Assembly (NCBI GenBank): GCA_001917535.1
Contig: MNEF01000029.1
Span: 13,815-77,814 of the forward strand
Length of the DNA: 64,000 nt
Origin: Candidatus Rokubacteria bacterium 13_1_40CM_69_27
Lineage (GTDB): Bacteria; Methylomirabilota; Methylomirabilia; Rokubacteriales; CSP1-6
Direction: 5' to 3'
In this document: in pieces, positions 35,725 through 45,945 of the stretch
Position numbering within the stretch: position 1 is the first letter of the stretch
How the letters are laid out: the number at the start of each line of letters is the position of its first letter
Notes under the pieces: generated by a model
What the model was told of the DNA's origin: nothing
What the model saw: only the letters and a program-made list of their open reading frames with translations
The model's database searches: none
Position numbers and translations under genes: made by a program

Positions 35725-38481
35725 TTGGCGCTCGTCACGACGACCGGCGGCGTCCTGCGCCGGCTGGTGCGGGTCGCCTGCACGTTTCCCGCTCTCACGG
35801 TGGCCGCGGCGCTCGCCCTGTCCGCGGCGTCCGTCTGGTACGCCCTCACCACGCTCACCTTCGCGACCTCGACCCGCGCGCTCCTGCCCTCGGGCCTACC
35901 CTACATCGAGCGGTACGTCGAGTACGACCGAGAGTTCGGCGAGCTCGATGACCTGGTCGTCGTGGTCGAGGCCCGATCGCCTCCGGAAGCGAAGGTCTAC
36001 GCCAGCCGCCTGGTCCGCGAGGTGCGCGCCCAGCACGTCCCCCTGCGGCGCATCGCCTACCGGATCGATCCCAAGCAGTTCGAGGGGCGCGCGCTGCTGT
36101 ATATGTCCAAGGAGAAGCTGACCGAGATCCGTGACAAGGTCTTCGACTACCAGGAGTTCATGGAGACCTTCGCCGCCCAACCCACGCTCGACCAACTGGT
36201 GGCCGGCCTGGCCACCCAGATCGCCAACTCTTTTGTCACCGGCTTCTTCGATCTCGGGCTCGAGGACACCAAGGCCACCAGCGACCTGCGCTTCATCGAG
36301 GACCTGGAGGCGCAGGTCTCGGCGCGCCTCGAGCGCCCGGCGCCTTACCGCTCGCCGTGGGGCGCGCTCTTCTCGGCGGAGGCCGAAGAGTCGGGCGCCG
36401 GCTACTTCCTCTCCGACGATCAGCGGCTGCTCTTCATCCTGGCCGATCCGGAGAGCGATGCCGGCAGCTTCAGCCAGGACCGCCGCGCAGTCGAGGCAAC
36501 CCGCGCCGTCATTGCCTCGCTCCGGCGCGACTTCCCCCAGGTCAACGTGGGCGTTACCGGCAAGCCGGCCCTGGCCAGCGACGAGATGACGGCGGCGTTC
36601 CGGGACAGCGAGAAAGCCACCCTGCTGGCCTTCGCGCTGACGCTGGTCCTCCTGATCGTCGCCTTCCTGCGGGCGGGCAAGCCGCTGCTCATGCTGTTCG
36701 TGCTGGCCATGAGCCTCGGCTGGTCGATCGGCATCGCCACCCTGGCCATCGGCCACCTGTCGCTCTTCTCGGTGATGTTCATCTCGATCGTCATCGGCAT
36801 CGGCATCGACTACGGCATCTATTTCCTCTTCCGCTACGAGGAGGAGTTGTTCCTGGGCCGGAGCCTGCGCGAGGCGATCGAGGTGACAGCGGCCCGCAGC
36901 GGTCCGGGCATGCTGGTGGGCGCGGCCACGGCCGCGGCCACCTTCTACGTGCTCATGCTGACGGACTTCCGGGGGCTCCAGGAGCTGGGGCTCATCGCGG
37001 GAAGCGCCATTTTAATGTCCTGGCTGGCGATGATGACGGTCTTCCCAGCCACCCTCATGCTGGTCGACCGGCGGCACGCCCGGCGGCCCCAGCGGACGAT
37101 TCCGCGGGCGATGGAGCTGGAGCGTATCCGCGTACCGTTGCTCGATCTCATCGCCGCCCACCCCAAGACGGTGCTGGCGCTGGCCGCTCTCGTCACCGCC
37201 GTCTCCGCCTGGGGACTCCGCTGGGTCCAGTTCGACTACAACCTGCTCAACCTCCAGGCGGACGGGACCGAATCGGTCGTCTGGGAGAAGAAGGTGCTGG
37301 CCACGGCCGGCCGCTCGGGGTTCGCCGCGCTCGCGCGCGCCGACTCCTTCGAAGAGCTGCGACGCAAGCACGCCGCCTTCAGCCGGCTGCCCAGCGTGTC
37401 GGAGGTGGATTCGGCGCTGCTCCTGATCCCCGAGGACCAGGACGAGAAGCGGAAGATCATCAGCGACTTCGCCCCTCTGGCGGCGCCCGTGCGGGTGAAC
37501 CGACCGCTCCCGGTGGACCTCGATCGCCTGGTCAACGCCTTCGAGACCCTGAAACGACGCCTCGACATCGCGGCGAAGGAGGCGCCGCCCGGCGACGCCA
37601 AGCGCCGCCTCGAGCGGCTGGCCGAGCAGCTCAGCGAGCTGCTGACGAAGCTCCGGCAGGGCGACCGCGACGCCACCGAGGCCGCGCTGGCCCATCTCCA
37701 GCAGCAGCTCTACCGCGACTTCGTGCGGAGCTTCCAGCGGCTGCAGGCGAATCTGGCGCCGCCGCGCATCGGCCTGACGGACCTGCCCCCCGAGATCCGG
37801 CGCAAGTTCGTCAGCGACCGCGGCCGGTTCCTGATGCAGATCCATCCCGCCGTCGACATCTGGGGCCGCGAGGGCGCGCAGCGTTTCGTCACCGAGCTGC
37901 GGTCGGTCGACCCGGACGTCACCGGGACGCCGGTCATCACCTTCGAGGCGATCCGGCTGATGGAGCGCGCCTACCAGCAGGGCACGGTCTACGCGATCCT
38001 GCTGGTGGCCGCCCTCACCGCGCTCACGATCCGGCGCTGGCGCGAGACGCTGCTGGCGCTGCTGCCGCTGGGGCTGGGCCTCCTGTGGACGTTCGGTCTG
38101 CTGTACTTCTTCGACCTGAAGCTGACGCTGGGCAACGTCTTTGGGATCCCCCTGATCCTCGGCGCGGCCGCGGAGTTCGGCTCGAACATCGTGCTGCGCT
38201 TCATGGAGGGCCAGGACTACGAGGGGCCGCTCATCGCGCGCAGCACGGTCATGGCCGTGCTGGTCAACGGGCTGACCACGATCGTCGGCTTCGGCAGCCT
38301 GATGCTCGCGCGCCACCGGGGGATCTTCGGGCTGGGGCTCCTGCTCACGCTCGGAATGGTGACGAGCCTGATCGCGGCGCTGGTCGTGCTTCCCGTGCTG
38401 CTGCGGATGGTCCGGCAGATGCGGACCACCCGCCGGGCACCACCCGCCCCGCGCTCGGTCGAGCCCGTAGGAACGGGCTAG
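35725..38481 (+). CDS. hpnN: Hopanoid-associated RND/MMPL-family transporter (HpnN-like, ~918 aa)
   Basis: 12 TM with two large periplasmic loops; ...FLSDDQRLLFILADPES... FDYNLLNLQADGTESVVWEKKV...; start codon (TTG 35725 or GTG 35767) uncertain. Confidence 0.8.
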   Translation: MALVTTTGGVLRRLVRVACTFPALTVAAALALSAASVWYALTTLTFATSTRALLPSGLPYIERYVEYDREFGELDDLVVVVEARSPPEAKVYASRLVREVRAQHVPLRRIAYRIDPKQFEGRALLYMSKEKLTEIRDKVFDYQEFMETFAAQPTLDQLVAGLATQIANSFVTGFFDLGLEDTKATSDLRFIEDLEAQVSARLERPAPYRSPWGALFSAEAEESGAGYFLSDDQRLLFILADPESDAGSFSQDRRAVEATRAVIASLRRDFPQVNVGVTGKPALASDEMTAAFRDSEKATLLAFALTLVLLIVAFLRAGKPLLMLFVLAMSLGWSIGIATLAIGHLSLFSVMFISIVIGIGIDYGIYFLFRYEEELFLGRSLREAIEVTAARSGPGMLVGAATAAATFYVLMLTDFRGLQELGLIAGSAILMSWLAMMTVFPATLMLVDRRHARRPQRTIPRAMELERIRVPLLDLIAAHPKTVLALAALVTAVSAWGLRWVQFDYNLLNLQADGTESVVWEKKVLATAGRSGFAALARADSFEELRRKHAAFSRLPSVSEVDSALLLIPEDQDEKRKIISDFAPLAAPVRVNRPLPVDLDRLVNAFETLKRRLDIAAKEAPPGDAKRRLERLAEQLSELLTKLRQGDRDATEAALAHLQQQLYRDFVRSFQRLQANLAPPRIGLTDLPPEIRRKFVSDRGRFLMQIHPAVDIWGREGAQRFVTELRSVDPDVTGTPVITFEAIRLMERAYQQGTVYAILLVAALTALTIRRWRETLLALLPLGLGLLWTFGLLYFFDLKLTLGNVFGIPLILGAAAEFGSNIVLRFMEGQDYEGPLIARSTVMAVLVNGLTTIVGFGSLMLARHRGIFGLGLLLTLGMVTSLIAALVVLPVLLRMVRQMRTTRRAPPAPRSVEPVGTG

Positions 38482-38560
38482 AAGACTCGGAGGGGGGCTT
38501 CGCCCCCCTTCCGAACCCTCCCCCCAGGACGGATGGCGCGGGCCAAGCCCGCGCTCGGGC
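38472..38560. repeat. REP/MITE-like element copy D
   Basis: ctcggaggggggcttcgccccccttccgaaccctccccccaggacggatggcgcgggccaagcccgcgctcggg between convergent hpnN and 38586..39317. Confidence 0.55.
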
Positions 38561-38585
38561 CGGTCGTCACCCAGTTCCGCGAGTC

Positions 38586-39317
38586 TCACGAGGCGGCGGC
38601 GCCGCCGAAGGCCTCGAGCATCCCCTCGGCGCAGATGCGCCGCACGGTGATGGCGCGTCGCAGGGCCAGCCGGCCCCGTGCCTGCTCTTCATCGGTGACG
38701 GCCAGCCGCTCGAGCAGCCGCACGGCGCGCTCGGCGTGATCACCCTCCACCTCCATGTGGACGTAGTAGAAGTCGAGCGCGTCCCGGGCCACCCCGTAGT
38801 GCTTCTCCATCGCCTCGGCCATCTGTTTCATGTGGAGGGGGTTGATCGACTCGGTGGCGATGTTGCCGCCGCACAGCGCCTCCAGCACTGAGGAGCGCTG
38901 CAGGAGGAACAACTCGTTCTTCTCGATGATCGTGGTCGGCAGATACTCCGTCGCGAACACCTCGGCCCGCGGGATGCCCAGCGCCTCGGCCAGACGGAGA
39001 AAGAGGTAGGCGTGGGCGGTCGTCTTGCCGCCGATCGTGTCCTCGCCGCCCTCCTCGACGACGAGCGGGATCAGGGCGCGCTGGCGCTCGAGGTCCTCGA
39101 ACGTCGGCATGGAGCCGCCGACGGAGATGATCTTCCACGCCGCGTGGCGGAGCGTGTCGAGGAAGAAGCAGCCCTGCTGCCGGATCACCCGCTGGAGCTG
39201 GCGCCGGTCGAGCTTGCCCTCGTAGATCAGGTGGAAGAGCCGGTGGTGGAGCCAGGGATGCGTCTCCCGGGCTTCGTTCAGCAGGCTTGCCGCGAACTCC
39301 GCCGGAGCGAGCGCCAT
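38586..39317 (-). CDS. Iron-containing redox enzyme family protein (heme-oxygenase-like fold, TenA/PqqC/CADD-like)
   Basis: MALAPAEFAASLLNEARETHPWLHHRLFHLIYEGKLDRRQLQRVIRQQGCFF...HMEVEGDHAERAV...: all-helical, conserved Glu/His pattern. Confidence 0.55.
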   Translation of the reverse strand: MALAPAEFAASLLNEARETHPWLHHRLFHLIYEGKLDRRQLQRVIRQQGCFFLDTLRHAAWKIISVGGSMPTFEDLERQRALIPLVVEEGGEDTIGGKTTAHAYLFLRLAEALGIPRAEVFATEYLPTTIIEKNELFLLQRSSVLEALCGGNIATESINPLHMKQMAEAMEKHYGVARDALDFYYVHMEVEGDHAERAVRLLERLAVTDEEQARGRLALRRAITVRRICAEGMLEAFGGAAAS

Positions 39318-39334
39318 GCTTACCTCCTGTTCGG

Positions 39335-39445
39335 GCGCGGGCTTCGCCCGCGCAACCACCGGGGTGTTTCAGAGGGGGCCGCGCGGCCCCCTCTGACTAT
39401 GGATCTCGGAGGGGGCCATCGAGGCCCCCTCCGACCCGTACCCGC
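39335..39445. repeat. REP/MITE-like element copy E (two hairpin modules)
   Basis: gagcgcgggcttcgcccgcgc...agagggggccgcgcggccccctct...tcggagggggccatcgaggccccctccga. Confidence 0.55.
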
Positions 39446-39574
39446 CGGCCGGGCGTTACACCGGCGGCTATCCGCGACGATGGCCCGGAGGGCCTGGGCA
39501 TCCCCGGCTTGCAGCGCTGGCCACACCGGCGCGGCTTCACCCGTCCCCGGAAGGACGCGGCGGGCATGACCGGA

Positions 39575-41635
39575 TCATACGCCGGCCGTGGGAGCGAGCG
39601 CGACCTCGACGAGGTTCGAGTGGAAGGCAGGACCGCCCCCCAGGTCCGTGACTCGGTCGCTCGTCAGCACGTTGACGGCGTGGCCACCCGGGTGAAAACG
39701 GTGCCACCAGATGCCTTCGATCACGACCACGCCCGGCCGCGTGGCATCGCTGACGTGCGCCGTGAAGCGCGACGATCCTCGATCGTTGACGACACGCACG
39801 GGATCCCCCTGCCCGATCCCGCGCCGCGCCGCGCCGCGTCTTCGGGGGCGATCAACACCATGGGCGTCTTCTGCCGGCTGCGCAGCAGCGCAGACTGGCT
39901 GAACGACGAGTTCAGGAAGAACCGGTTCGGCGGCACGATGCACTGGAGCGGGTATGACCTGGCTCGCTCGACGTCGTCGGGACCCTCGACCAGCGGGACG
40001 TAGGTGGGCAGGGGCGGATGGCCCTGCGCCGCCAGGCGCTCGGAGTAGAACTCGATCTTGCCCGAGGGCGTCGGCGCGCTCTCAGCGAACAGCATGTACG
40101 GGCGCGGCAGGTTGAGGCGGACGGAGTGCTCCTCGCGCAGCCGCTCGTACGTGATCCCGTGCACCGATTGACCGCCGGCCGCGAGCAGCTCGCGAATGAG
40201 CTGCTCGGCCGGCTTCGCGTAGTGATCCTCGGCCACCCCCAGGGCCCGCGCCAGGAGCCCGAAGACCTCCCAATTGGACTTCGCCTCGCCCGGTGGCGAG
40301 AGCACGGGTTGCGCCAGCTGCAGGTGGTAATGGCCGTACGACCGGTAGAGGTCCTCGTGCTCGAGGGACATCGTCGCCGGGAGCACGAGGTCGGCGTAGC
40401 GGGCCGTGTCGGTCATGACCTGCTCGTGGACGACCGTGAAGAGGTCCTCGCGCCCGAGCCCTCGGAGCACGAGCGCCTGGTTGGGGCACACCGCCGCCGG
40501 GTTGGAGTTGTAGACGTAGAGCGACCTGACCGGCGGCGAGAGCGCGGGATCGGTGAGCACGCGGCCCAGGTGGATCATGTTGATCACTCGCGGCGCGGCC
40601 GGCGGCGTCAGATCGGGCCGGGTCAGCACCGAGTAGTCGAACTCGAAGCCGTCACTCGAGGACAGCAACGCGCCGCCGTGGGGATCGGCGTAGGCGCCGG
40701 TGAGCGCGGGCAGGCAGGCGATCGCCCGGCAGGTCATCCCGCCGTTGGTGTGGCGGCTCAGCCCGATGCCCACGCGAATGAACGAGCGAGGGCTCGCCCC
40801 GTAGAGCCGCGCGAAGGCAACGATCGTCGCCGCCGGCAGGCCCACGATGTCGGCCACGCGCTCCGGCGGGTATGCTTTCACGTGCTCGGCCAGCCGCTCG
40901 TAGCCGGCGGTCGCCCGCGCGATATAGCTCCGATCGACACGGCCCTCGCTGATCAGGACGTGCATGACGCCCAGGACCAGTGCCGTGTCGGTCCCGGGGT
41001 GGACCATCAGGTGCTCGTCCGCCTGCTCGGCGGTGGGCGTGCGATACGGATCGATCGCGACGACCCAGGCCCCGCGCTGGCGGGCCTGCTTGACCAGCGT
41101 CATCACGTTGATCGTCGAGTAGGCGGCGCTCAGGCCCCAGAGCACGACGAGATCGGCGCCGACCATCTGCTCGGAGTCGTTGCCGTCGACGGCGCCCACC
41201 GTGGCCCGCCAGCCCGCGTAGGCGGTCGAGACGCAGATGGTGCGATCGAGCTGGCTGGCCCCCAGCGCGTGGAAGAGCGGATGGCCGGCGTAGTACTGCA
41301 CCTGGCCCATCGTGCCCGCGTAGGAGAACGGCAGGATCGCCTCGGCGCCATCGGTGGCGATGATGGCCCGCCAGCGCGCGGCGATCTCGGTGATGGCCGC
41401 GTCCCACGAGATCTGCTCGAGCGTGCCCTCGCCCTTGGGGCCGACACGCCGCAACGGATGGAGCACGCGCAGCGGCGAATGGACGCGCTCGGCGTAGGCC
41501 CGCACCTTGCCGCAGATCACGCCCTGGGTGAACGGGCGGTCGGGGTTCCCGGTGACCTCGGTCAGCCGCCCGTCCTCTACGGTGACGACCAGCGAGCACG
41601 CCGAAGGGCAGTCGTGAGGGCACACCGAGAACATC
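39575..41635 (-). pseudogene. Molybdopterin (bis-MGD) oxidoreductase catalytic subunit, reading frame broken near 39.83-39.87 kb
   Basis: MFSVCPHDCPSACSLVVTVEDGRLTEVTGNPDRPFTQGVICGKV... (4Fe-4S CxxCxxxC + MopB domain) in ORF 39721..41988; C-terminal molybdopterin-dinucleotide-binding domain (GDPVRVVNDRGSSRFTAHVSDATRPGVVVIEGIWWH) continues in another frame (ORF 39575..39943); junction in a cgcgccgcgccgcgccgcg simple repeat. Confidence 0.6.
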
Positions 41636-41661
41636 ACGGATAACGTATCATTGCGCCCGGG

Positions 41662-42912
41662 ATGCTCGACCGCCTCCGACGGCTGCACCCCTTCCAGACT
41701 CCCGACGCTCGACGCCTCGCCCTCCTGTTCGCCATCGTCTACTTCGCCCAGGGCATGTGGTACGTGCCCAACCAGACGATCACCATCGTCCTCAAGGACC
41801 GCGGGTTCTCCGCCGGCGACGTGGCAGTGTTCTTCTCGATCACAACCATCCCCTGGCTGATCAAGCCTGTCTATGGACTCATCTCGGACTTCGTGCCGCT
41901 CTGGGGCCGGCGGCGGAAGAGTTATCTGCTGCTCACCTCTGCGCTGGCGGCGGGCGCCGGCGCCATCCTGGCGCTGGTCGCGGATCATTCCTACGGGCGG
42001 CTGGCGATCTTCTTCACGATCATGGGGCTAGGTCTGGCGTTCACGGACGTGCTGGTCGACGCGCTCATGGTCGAGAACGGGCGGCCGCGTGGCCTCACGG
42101 GCGCCTTCCAGTCGGTCCAGTGGGCCGCGATCTACACCGCGTCGGTCTTGGTCGGGCTCCTCGGCGGTCATCTCGCCGAAAAGCGCGACCTCCACACCGG
42201 CTTCGCTATCGCCGCCTGCTTCCCGCTGATCTCGTTCCTCATGACGGCCCTGGCCATCACCGAGGGCCCGGTACCGGCCGACCGCGAGGCCTTCCGCAAG
42301 ACGCTGACGGCGATCCGCGGAGCCCTGCGGGAGCGGGACGTGTGGGTGGTGGCCGGCTTCATCTTCTTCTGGACCTTCAGCCCCTCGTTCGGGCCCGCGC
42401 TCATCTACTATCAGACGGACGTCCTGAAGTTCAGCCAGCACTTCATCGGCTTGCTCGGCTCCCTGGCCGCCATCGCCGCCGTCGTGGGCGCGTTCGTCTA
42501 TGCGCCGCTCTCGCGCCGGGTGCCGCTCAGGACCCTGATCAACCTGGCGATCGGGATCGGCGTCGCGGGCACACTGGCCTACCTCGGCTACCGGGACTGG
42601 ATCTCCGCCCTCGTCATCGACATCGCCTTCGGCTGCATCGGCATGATCACGCAGCTCGCCTTCCTCGACCTGGCGGCCAAGAGCTGCCCCCGTCGTGTGG
42701 AAGCGACGTTCTTCGCCCTGCTGATGTCGGTGTTCAACGGCGGCGTGCAAGGCTCGCAGATCGTGGGCGGCTACCTGTACGACTGGCTCGGTTACACGCC
42801 GCTCATCTTCATCTCGACCGGGATGACGGCGCTGGCGTGGTTCCTCGTCCCGCTGGTGAAGATCGACCGGATCGACGCCAAGGCCCGGGCCGAGGCCGCC
42901 ACGTCCGTCTGA
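41662..42912 (+). CDS. MFS-type transporter (BT1/folate-biopterin-transporter-like)
   Basis: 12 predicted TM; MLDRLRRLHPFQTPDARRLALLFAIVYFAQGMWYVPNQTITIVLKDRGFSAGDVAVFFS... Confidence 0.7.
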   Translation: MLDRLRRLHPFQTPDARRLALLFAIVYFAQGMWYVPNQTITIVLKDRGFSAGDVAVFFSITTIPWLIKPVYGLISDFVPLWGRRRKSYLLLTSALAAGAGAILALVADHSYGRLAIFFTIMGLGLAFTDVLVDALMVENGRPRGLTGAFQSVQWAAIYTASVLVGLLGGHLAEKRDLHTGFAIAACFPLISFLMTALAITEGPVPADREAFRKTLTAIRGALRERDVWVVAGFIFFWTFSPSFGPALIYYQTDVLKFSQHFIGLLGSLAAIAAVVGAFVYAPLSRRVPLRTLINLAIGIGVAGTLAYLGYRDWISALVIDIAFGCIGMITQLAFLDLAAKSCPRRVEATFFALLMSVFNGGVQGSQIVGGYLYDWLGYTPLIFISTGMTALAWFLVPLVKIDRIDAKARAEAATSV

Positions 42913-42925
42913 GGCGCGCCCGCAA

Positions 42926-43228
42926 TCAGTCGGTCAGCGAGCGGTAGATCTCAACCTCGACGGCTCTGGCCACCAGTCCCTTACGCTGCTCTTGAAAGGC
43001 GGCCAGGTGTGGCGCCGTGCGATGGAACTCGAACGCCGCCGCCGAGCGGTACTGCTCGTAGAAGAGGAAGACGACCGGCTCTTTGGCCGACCGGTGCGGC
43101 CGGTACACGATGCAGTCGGGCTCGGCCTTGCGGACCGCCTCCGCCTGCTTGATCAGGATCGCCTCCAGCTGGTCCTCGCACCCCGGCTTCGGGTAGATCC
43201 TCGCCACCACGGTCAACACGTCAGGCAT
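42926..43228 (-). CDS. Antibiotic-biosynthesis-monooxygenase (ABM/Dabb) family protein
   Basis: MPDVLTVVARIYPKPGCEDQLEAILIKQAEAVRKAEPDCIVYRPHRSAKEPVVFLFYEQYRSAAAFEFHRTAPHLAAF... Confidence 0.7.
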   Translation of the reverse strand: MPDVLTVVARIYPKPGCEDQLEAILIKQAEAVRKAEPDCIVYRPHRSAKEPVVFLFYEQYRSAAAFEFHRTAPHLAAFQEQRKGLVARAVEVEIYRSLTD

Positions 43229-43510
43229 CGGGCTCGTCCTCCTCGGGGCCGCGCGTGGTGGCGGCCCAGGCGCGCCGCAGCCAGCGCAGCGCCAGGTCCA
43301 TCTGGGCGGGGTCGTCGATGATCAGCTCCACCCAGCCGCGGCGGGCGAAGCGGCGGTGCGGGCGGACGCGGCGATCGCGGAGTGCGCGCGCCTGGTCCTC
43401 GGCGGTCAGGCGGATCCACAGGTCCCGGTCCTTCTCGCGCACGGGAAAGCAGGCGAAGAGCCGCGGGCCCACGAAGTAGCCCCAGCGCCCGAACATGGGC
43501 GCGATCTTCA
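43221..43510 (-). CDS. TfoX-N-terminal-domain-like small protein (start uncertain)
   Basis: ...VKIAPMFGRWGYFVGPRLFACFPVREKDRDLWIRLTAEDQARAL...: resembles the TfoX_N ...MFGGyG.y.dGk.Fa.. core. Confidence 0.4.
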
Positions 43511-43621
43511 CGCCCGTCCACCGCGCCAGGGCCTCGTTCAGGTGGTAGGCGGGCCCGGCCCCGCCCCGCGTGAGCGTACGCCGCGTCCGGCGCCCGCGGC
43601 CGAGACCGCGGAAGCGTCGGA

Positions 43622-43933
43622 CTATGGCCAGACCTGCATGTACGCGAAGCGCGCCCGCTCGCTCACCGCACCGAACGCGGCATCGTACTCGGCCTTGAGC
43701 TGCTTGAAGTGCGGCGACTCCATGAGCCGCCGGAACGTCGCTTCGTCCTGCAGCTCGTAGACGGCCATGTACTGGTACCGGTCCTCTCCCATGATGGCCT
43801 GGTAGCGCCGGGCGCTGACCGCGCCCTTGAACTGGAGAAACTGCGGAATATGCTCCTCGTTGTACCAGCGGTTGAACGCTTCCTCCCGATCCTTGGTGAT
43901 GGTGGCCTTCACCACGAACAGCACGGTGGCCAT
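43622..43933 (-). CDS. Small conserved hypothetical protein (~104 aa, Dabb-like)
   Basis: MATVLFVVKATITKDREEAFNRWYNEEHIPQFLQFKGAVSARRYQAIMGEDRYQYMAVYELQDEATFRRLMESPHFKQLKAEYDAAFGAVSERARFAYMQVWP. Confidence 0.5.
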   Translation of the reverse strand: MATVLFVVKATITKDREEAFNRWYNEEHIPQFLQFKGAVSARRYQAIMGEDRYQYMAVYELQDEATFRRLMESPHFKQLKAEYDAAFGAVSERARFAYMQVWP

Positions 43934-44046
43934 GGCGAACCTCCTGGGGACATTCCCTCGCCGCGCCCCCCGCGGCGCCCGCATTCTGCCATTGACAGGT
44001 CTTGGCCGCCATGCGAAAAGGTATCGGTTAAACCAAGGAGCGATTC

Positions 44047-45726
44047 ATGGCAGGTTCGGCAACGACGCGCGCGCGCTGGGCGCGGGTCGAGGGCGCGGCG
44101 GAACTGTTCACGCCGGCCTTCCTCGACTACCTCCTGAGCCTCCACGATCGGTTCGCGCCGCGCATCCGCGAGCTCCTGGCCCGACGGGCAGAAGCGCTCG
44201 ACCAGGCCCTTCGGCAGGGCCGTCCGCCCACCCATCCGCCGGCCAGCGTCGCCACCACGGGCCACTGGAAAGTTCCGCCCGTGCCGGACGACCTCAGGAA
44301 GCCCGGTATCGAGATCTCGGGGCCCTGCTCCATCACGCCCATGTTCATCAACGCGCTCAATCCCGGCCCGGAGGGCGAGCGCGCCGAGGGCGACCTGGAC
44401 GACGACGAGGATTCGGGCGGCCATCGCCTCATCGACACGGTCCGGGCGGCCCACAATCGGAGTGCCGCCATTCATCGCGAGCTGCACTACTTCGACCGGG
44501 AACGGAACAAGGAGTACAAGATCGTCGAGGGCGAGCTGCCCTTCTTCATGCACCGCGAGCGCGGCCTCCACCTCGAGGAGCCGGACGTGACGATCGACGG
44601 CGCGCCCGTGAACGCCGCCATCCTCGGCACCGCGCTGACGCTCTTCTATGCCGGCCGCGCGCAGGCCGAGCGGGGCCAGGGCATCTACTTCTACCTGCCG
44701 AAGCTCGAGTTCGCGCCCGAGGCGCACCTCTATCGCGATCTCTTCGACGCCAGCCGCGAGCGGCTGCCGTGGCTCGAGAGCGCGACCATCCGGGCGGTCG
44801 TCCTCGTCGAAGCGCTGCCGTGCGTGTACGAGATGGAGCAGATGCTGTACGAGCTGGGGCCCTACGCGGCGGGGCTCAACGCCGCCCGCTGGGATCTCAA
44901 GGCCAGTATCTTCGAGTACGTCATGACGAATCCCAAGTCGGTGTGGCCCGATCGCTTCGGCGTGGACATCAAGACCACGCCGTTCCTCGCCGACATCTTC
45001 CGACGCCTCGTTGCCATCTGCCTCAAGCGCGGCGCCGCGCCCATCGGCGGCATGGCCACCGCCCTGCCCAGTTCCGATCCGGAGGTCAACCGCGTCGCCG
45101 CCGAGGCCATCCGCGCCGACAAGGAGTGGGAGGCCCGCCAGGGCTTCATCCGCGCCTGGGTCGCGCACATCTTCCACATGAAGACCGCCGCCGACCCCTT
45201 CAAGAAGCTCATCGCGTCAGGCTGGAAGCCGACACCGGAGATGGCGAACCCCGACAACTACCCCGTGCGGATCGACGTCCCCCAGGGGCCGATCACCGTC
45301 GAGGGGACGCGCCGCAACTGCCGGATGCTCATCGAGTACGTGGAGGGCTGGCTCAACGGCCGCGGCGCCAAGAGCATCGACAGCCTCGCCGGCAGGCCCG
45401 GCGTCCACCCCGCGTTGATGGAAGACCTGGCCACCGGCCGCATGTCCGTGGCCCAGATCGCCCAGCGCATTCGTCACCGGGTGCCCCCGACCGAGGGCCC
45501 GGCCGACGTCCACGACGTCGCGCTGGTCAAGCGACTGCTCCAGGAGGAGGTCGAGGACATCCTGGCGCGCGCGAAGCCGGATGCGCCGGGCCAGGCGCGC
45601 TACCGCAAGGCGATGAAGATCGCCATGCGCTGGATCAAGAACTACGCGGAGCTGGACTTCCGCAGCCTCGGCTCTTACACGCGCGCCGACCTGGAGAGGA
45701 TCGCCGCCGGGCCGGAGGCGCTTTAG
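44047..45726 (+). CDS. aceB: Malate synthase A
   Basis: ...LPFFMHRERGLHLEEPDVTIDGAPV...IYFYLPKLEFAPEAHLYRDLF...IRAVVLVEALPCVYEMEQMLYELG...: full-length ~559 aa with catalytic Arg/Asp region. Confidence 0.9.
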   Translation: MAGSATTRARWARVEGAAELFTPAFLDYLLSLHDRFAPRIRELLARRAEALDQALRQGRPPTHPPASVATTGHWKVPPVPDDLRKPGIEISGPCSITPMFINALNPGPEGERAEGDLDDDEDSGGHRLIDTVRAAHNRSAAIHRELHYFDRERNKEYKIVEGELPFFMHRERGLHLEEPDVTIDGAPVNAAILGTALTLFYAGRAQAERGQGIYFYLPKLEFAPEAHLYRDLFDASRERLPWLESATIRAVVLVEALPCVYEMEQMLYELGPYAAGLNAARWDLKASIFEYVMTNPKSVWPDRFGVDIKTTPFLADIFRRLVAICLKRGAAPIGGMATALPSSDPEVNRVAAEAIRADKEWEARQGFIRAWVAHIFHMKTAADPFKKLIASGWKPTPEMANPDNYPVRIDVPQGPITVEGTRRNCRMLIEYVEGWLNGRGAKSIDSLAGRPGVHPALMEDLATGRMSVAQIAQRIRHRVPPTEGPADVHDVALVKRLLQEEVEDILARAKPDAPGQARYRKAMKIAMRWIKNYAELDFRSLGSYTRADLERIAAGPEAL

Positions 45727-45945
45727 CCTCGGAGGGGGGCTCCGCCCCCCTTCCGAAACCTCCCCCCAGGAATCGATTGCGCCGGCGAAGCCGGCGCTCG
45801 AATGCCGCGAGATCTTCCCGGTCCGCTACGGGCGCGTCGGAGTAAACACTGGTCGAGCGCGGGCTTCGCCCGCGCAATCTTTGCTAGGGGGAGGCTTCGG
45901 AGGGGGCCGTCGAGGCCCCTCCGATGACCTAGGGGAAGCGGTAGC
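45724..45945. repeat. Composite pair of inverted REP/MITE-like elements (copy F)
   Basis: ctcggaggggggctccgccccccttccgaaacctccccccaggaatcgattgcgccggcgaagccggcgctcgaa ... gagcgcgggcttcgcccgcgcaatctttgctagggggaggcttcggagggggccgtcgaggcccctccga; between convergent aceB and 45929..46690. Confidence 0.6.

Noticed and set aside
43221-44012. 263-aa ORF 43221..44012 as one gene
   Set aside because: Its upstream half is the reverse complement of a better-looking 104-aa protein (43622..43933); only the C-terminal ~95 codons (TfoX_N-like) are retained as a separate weak call
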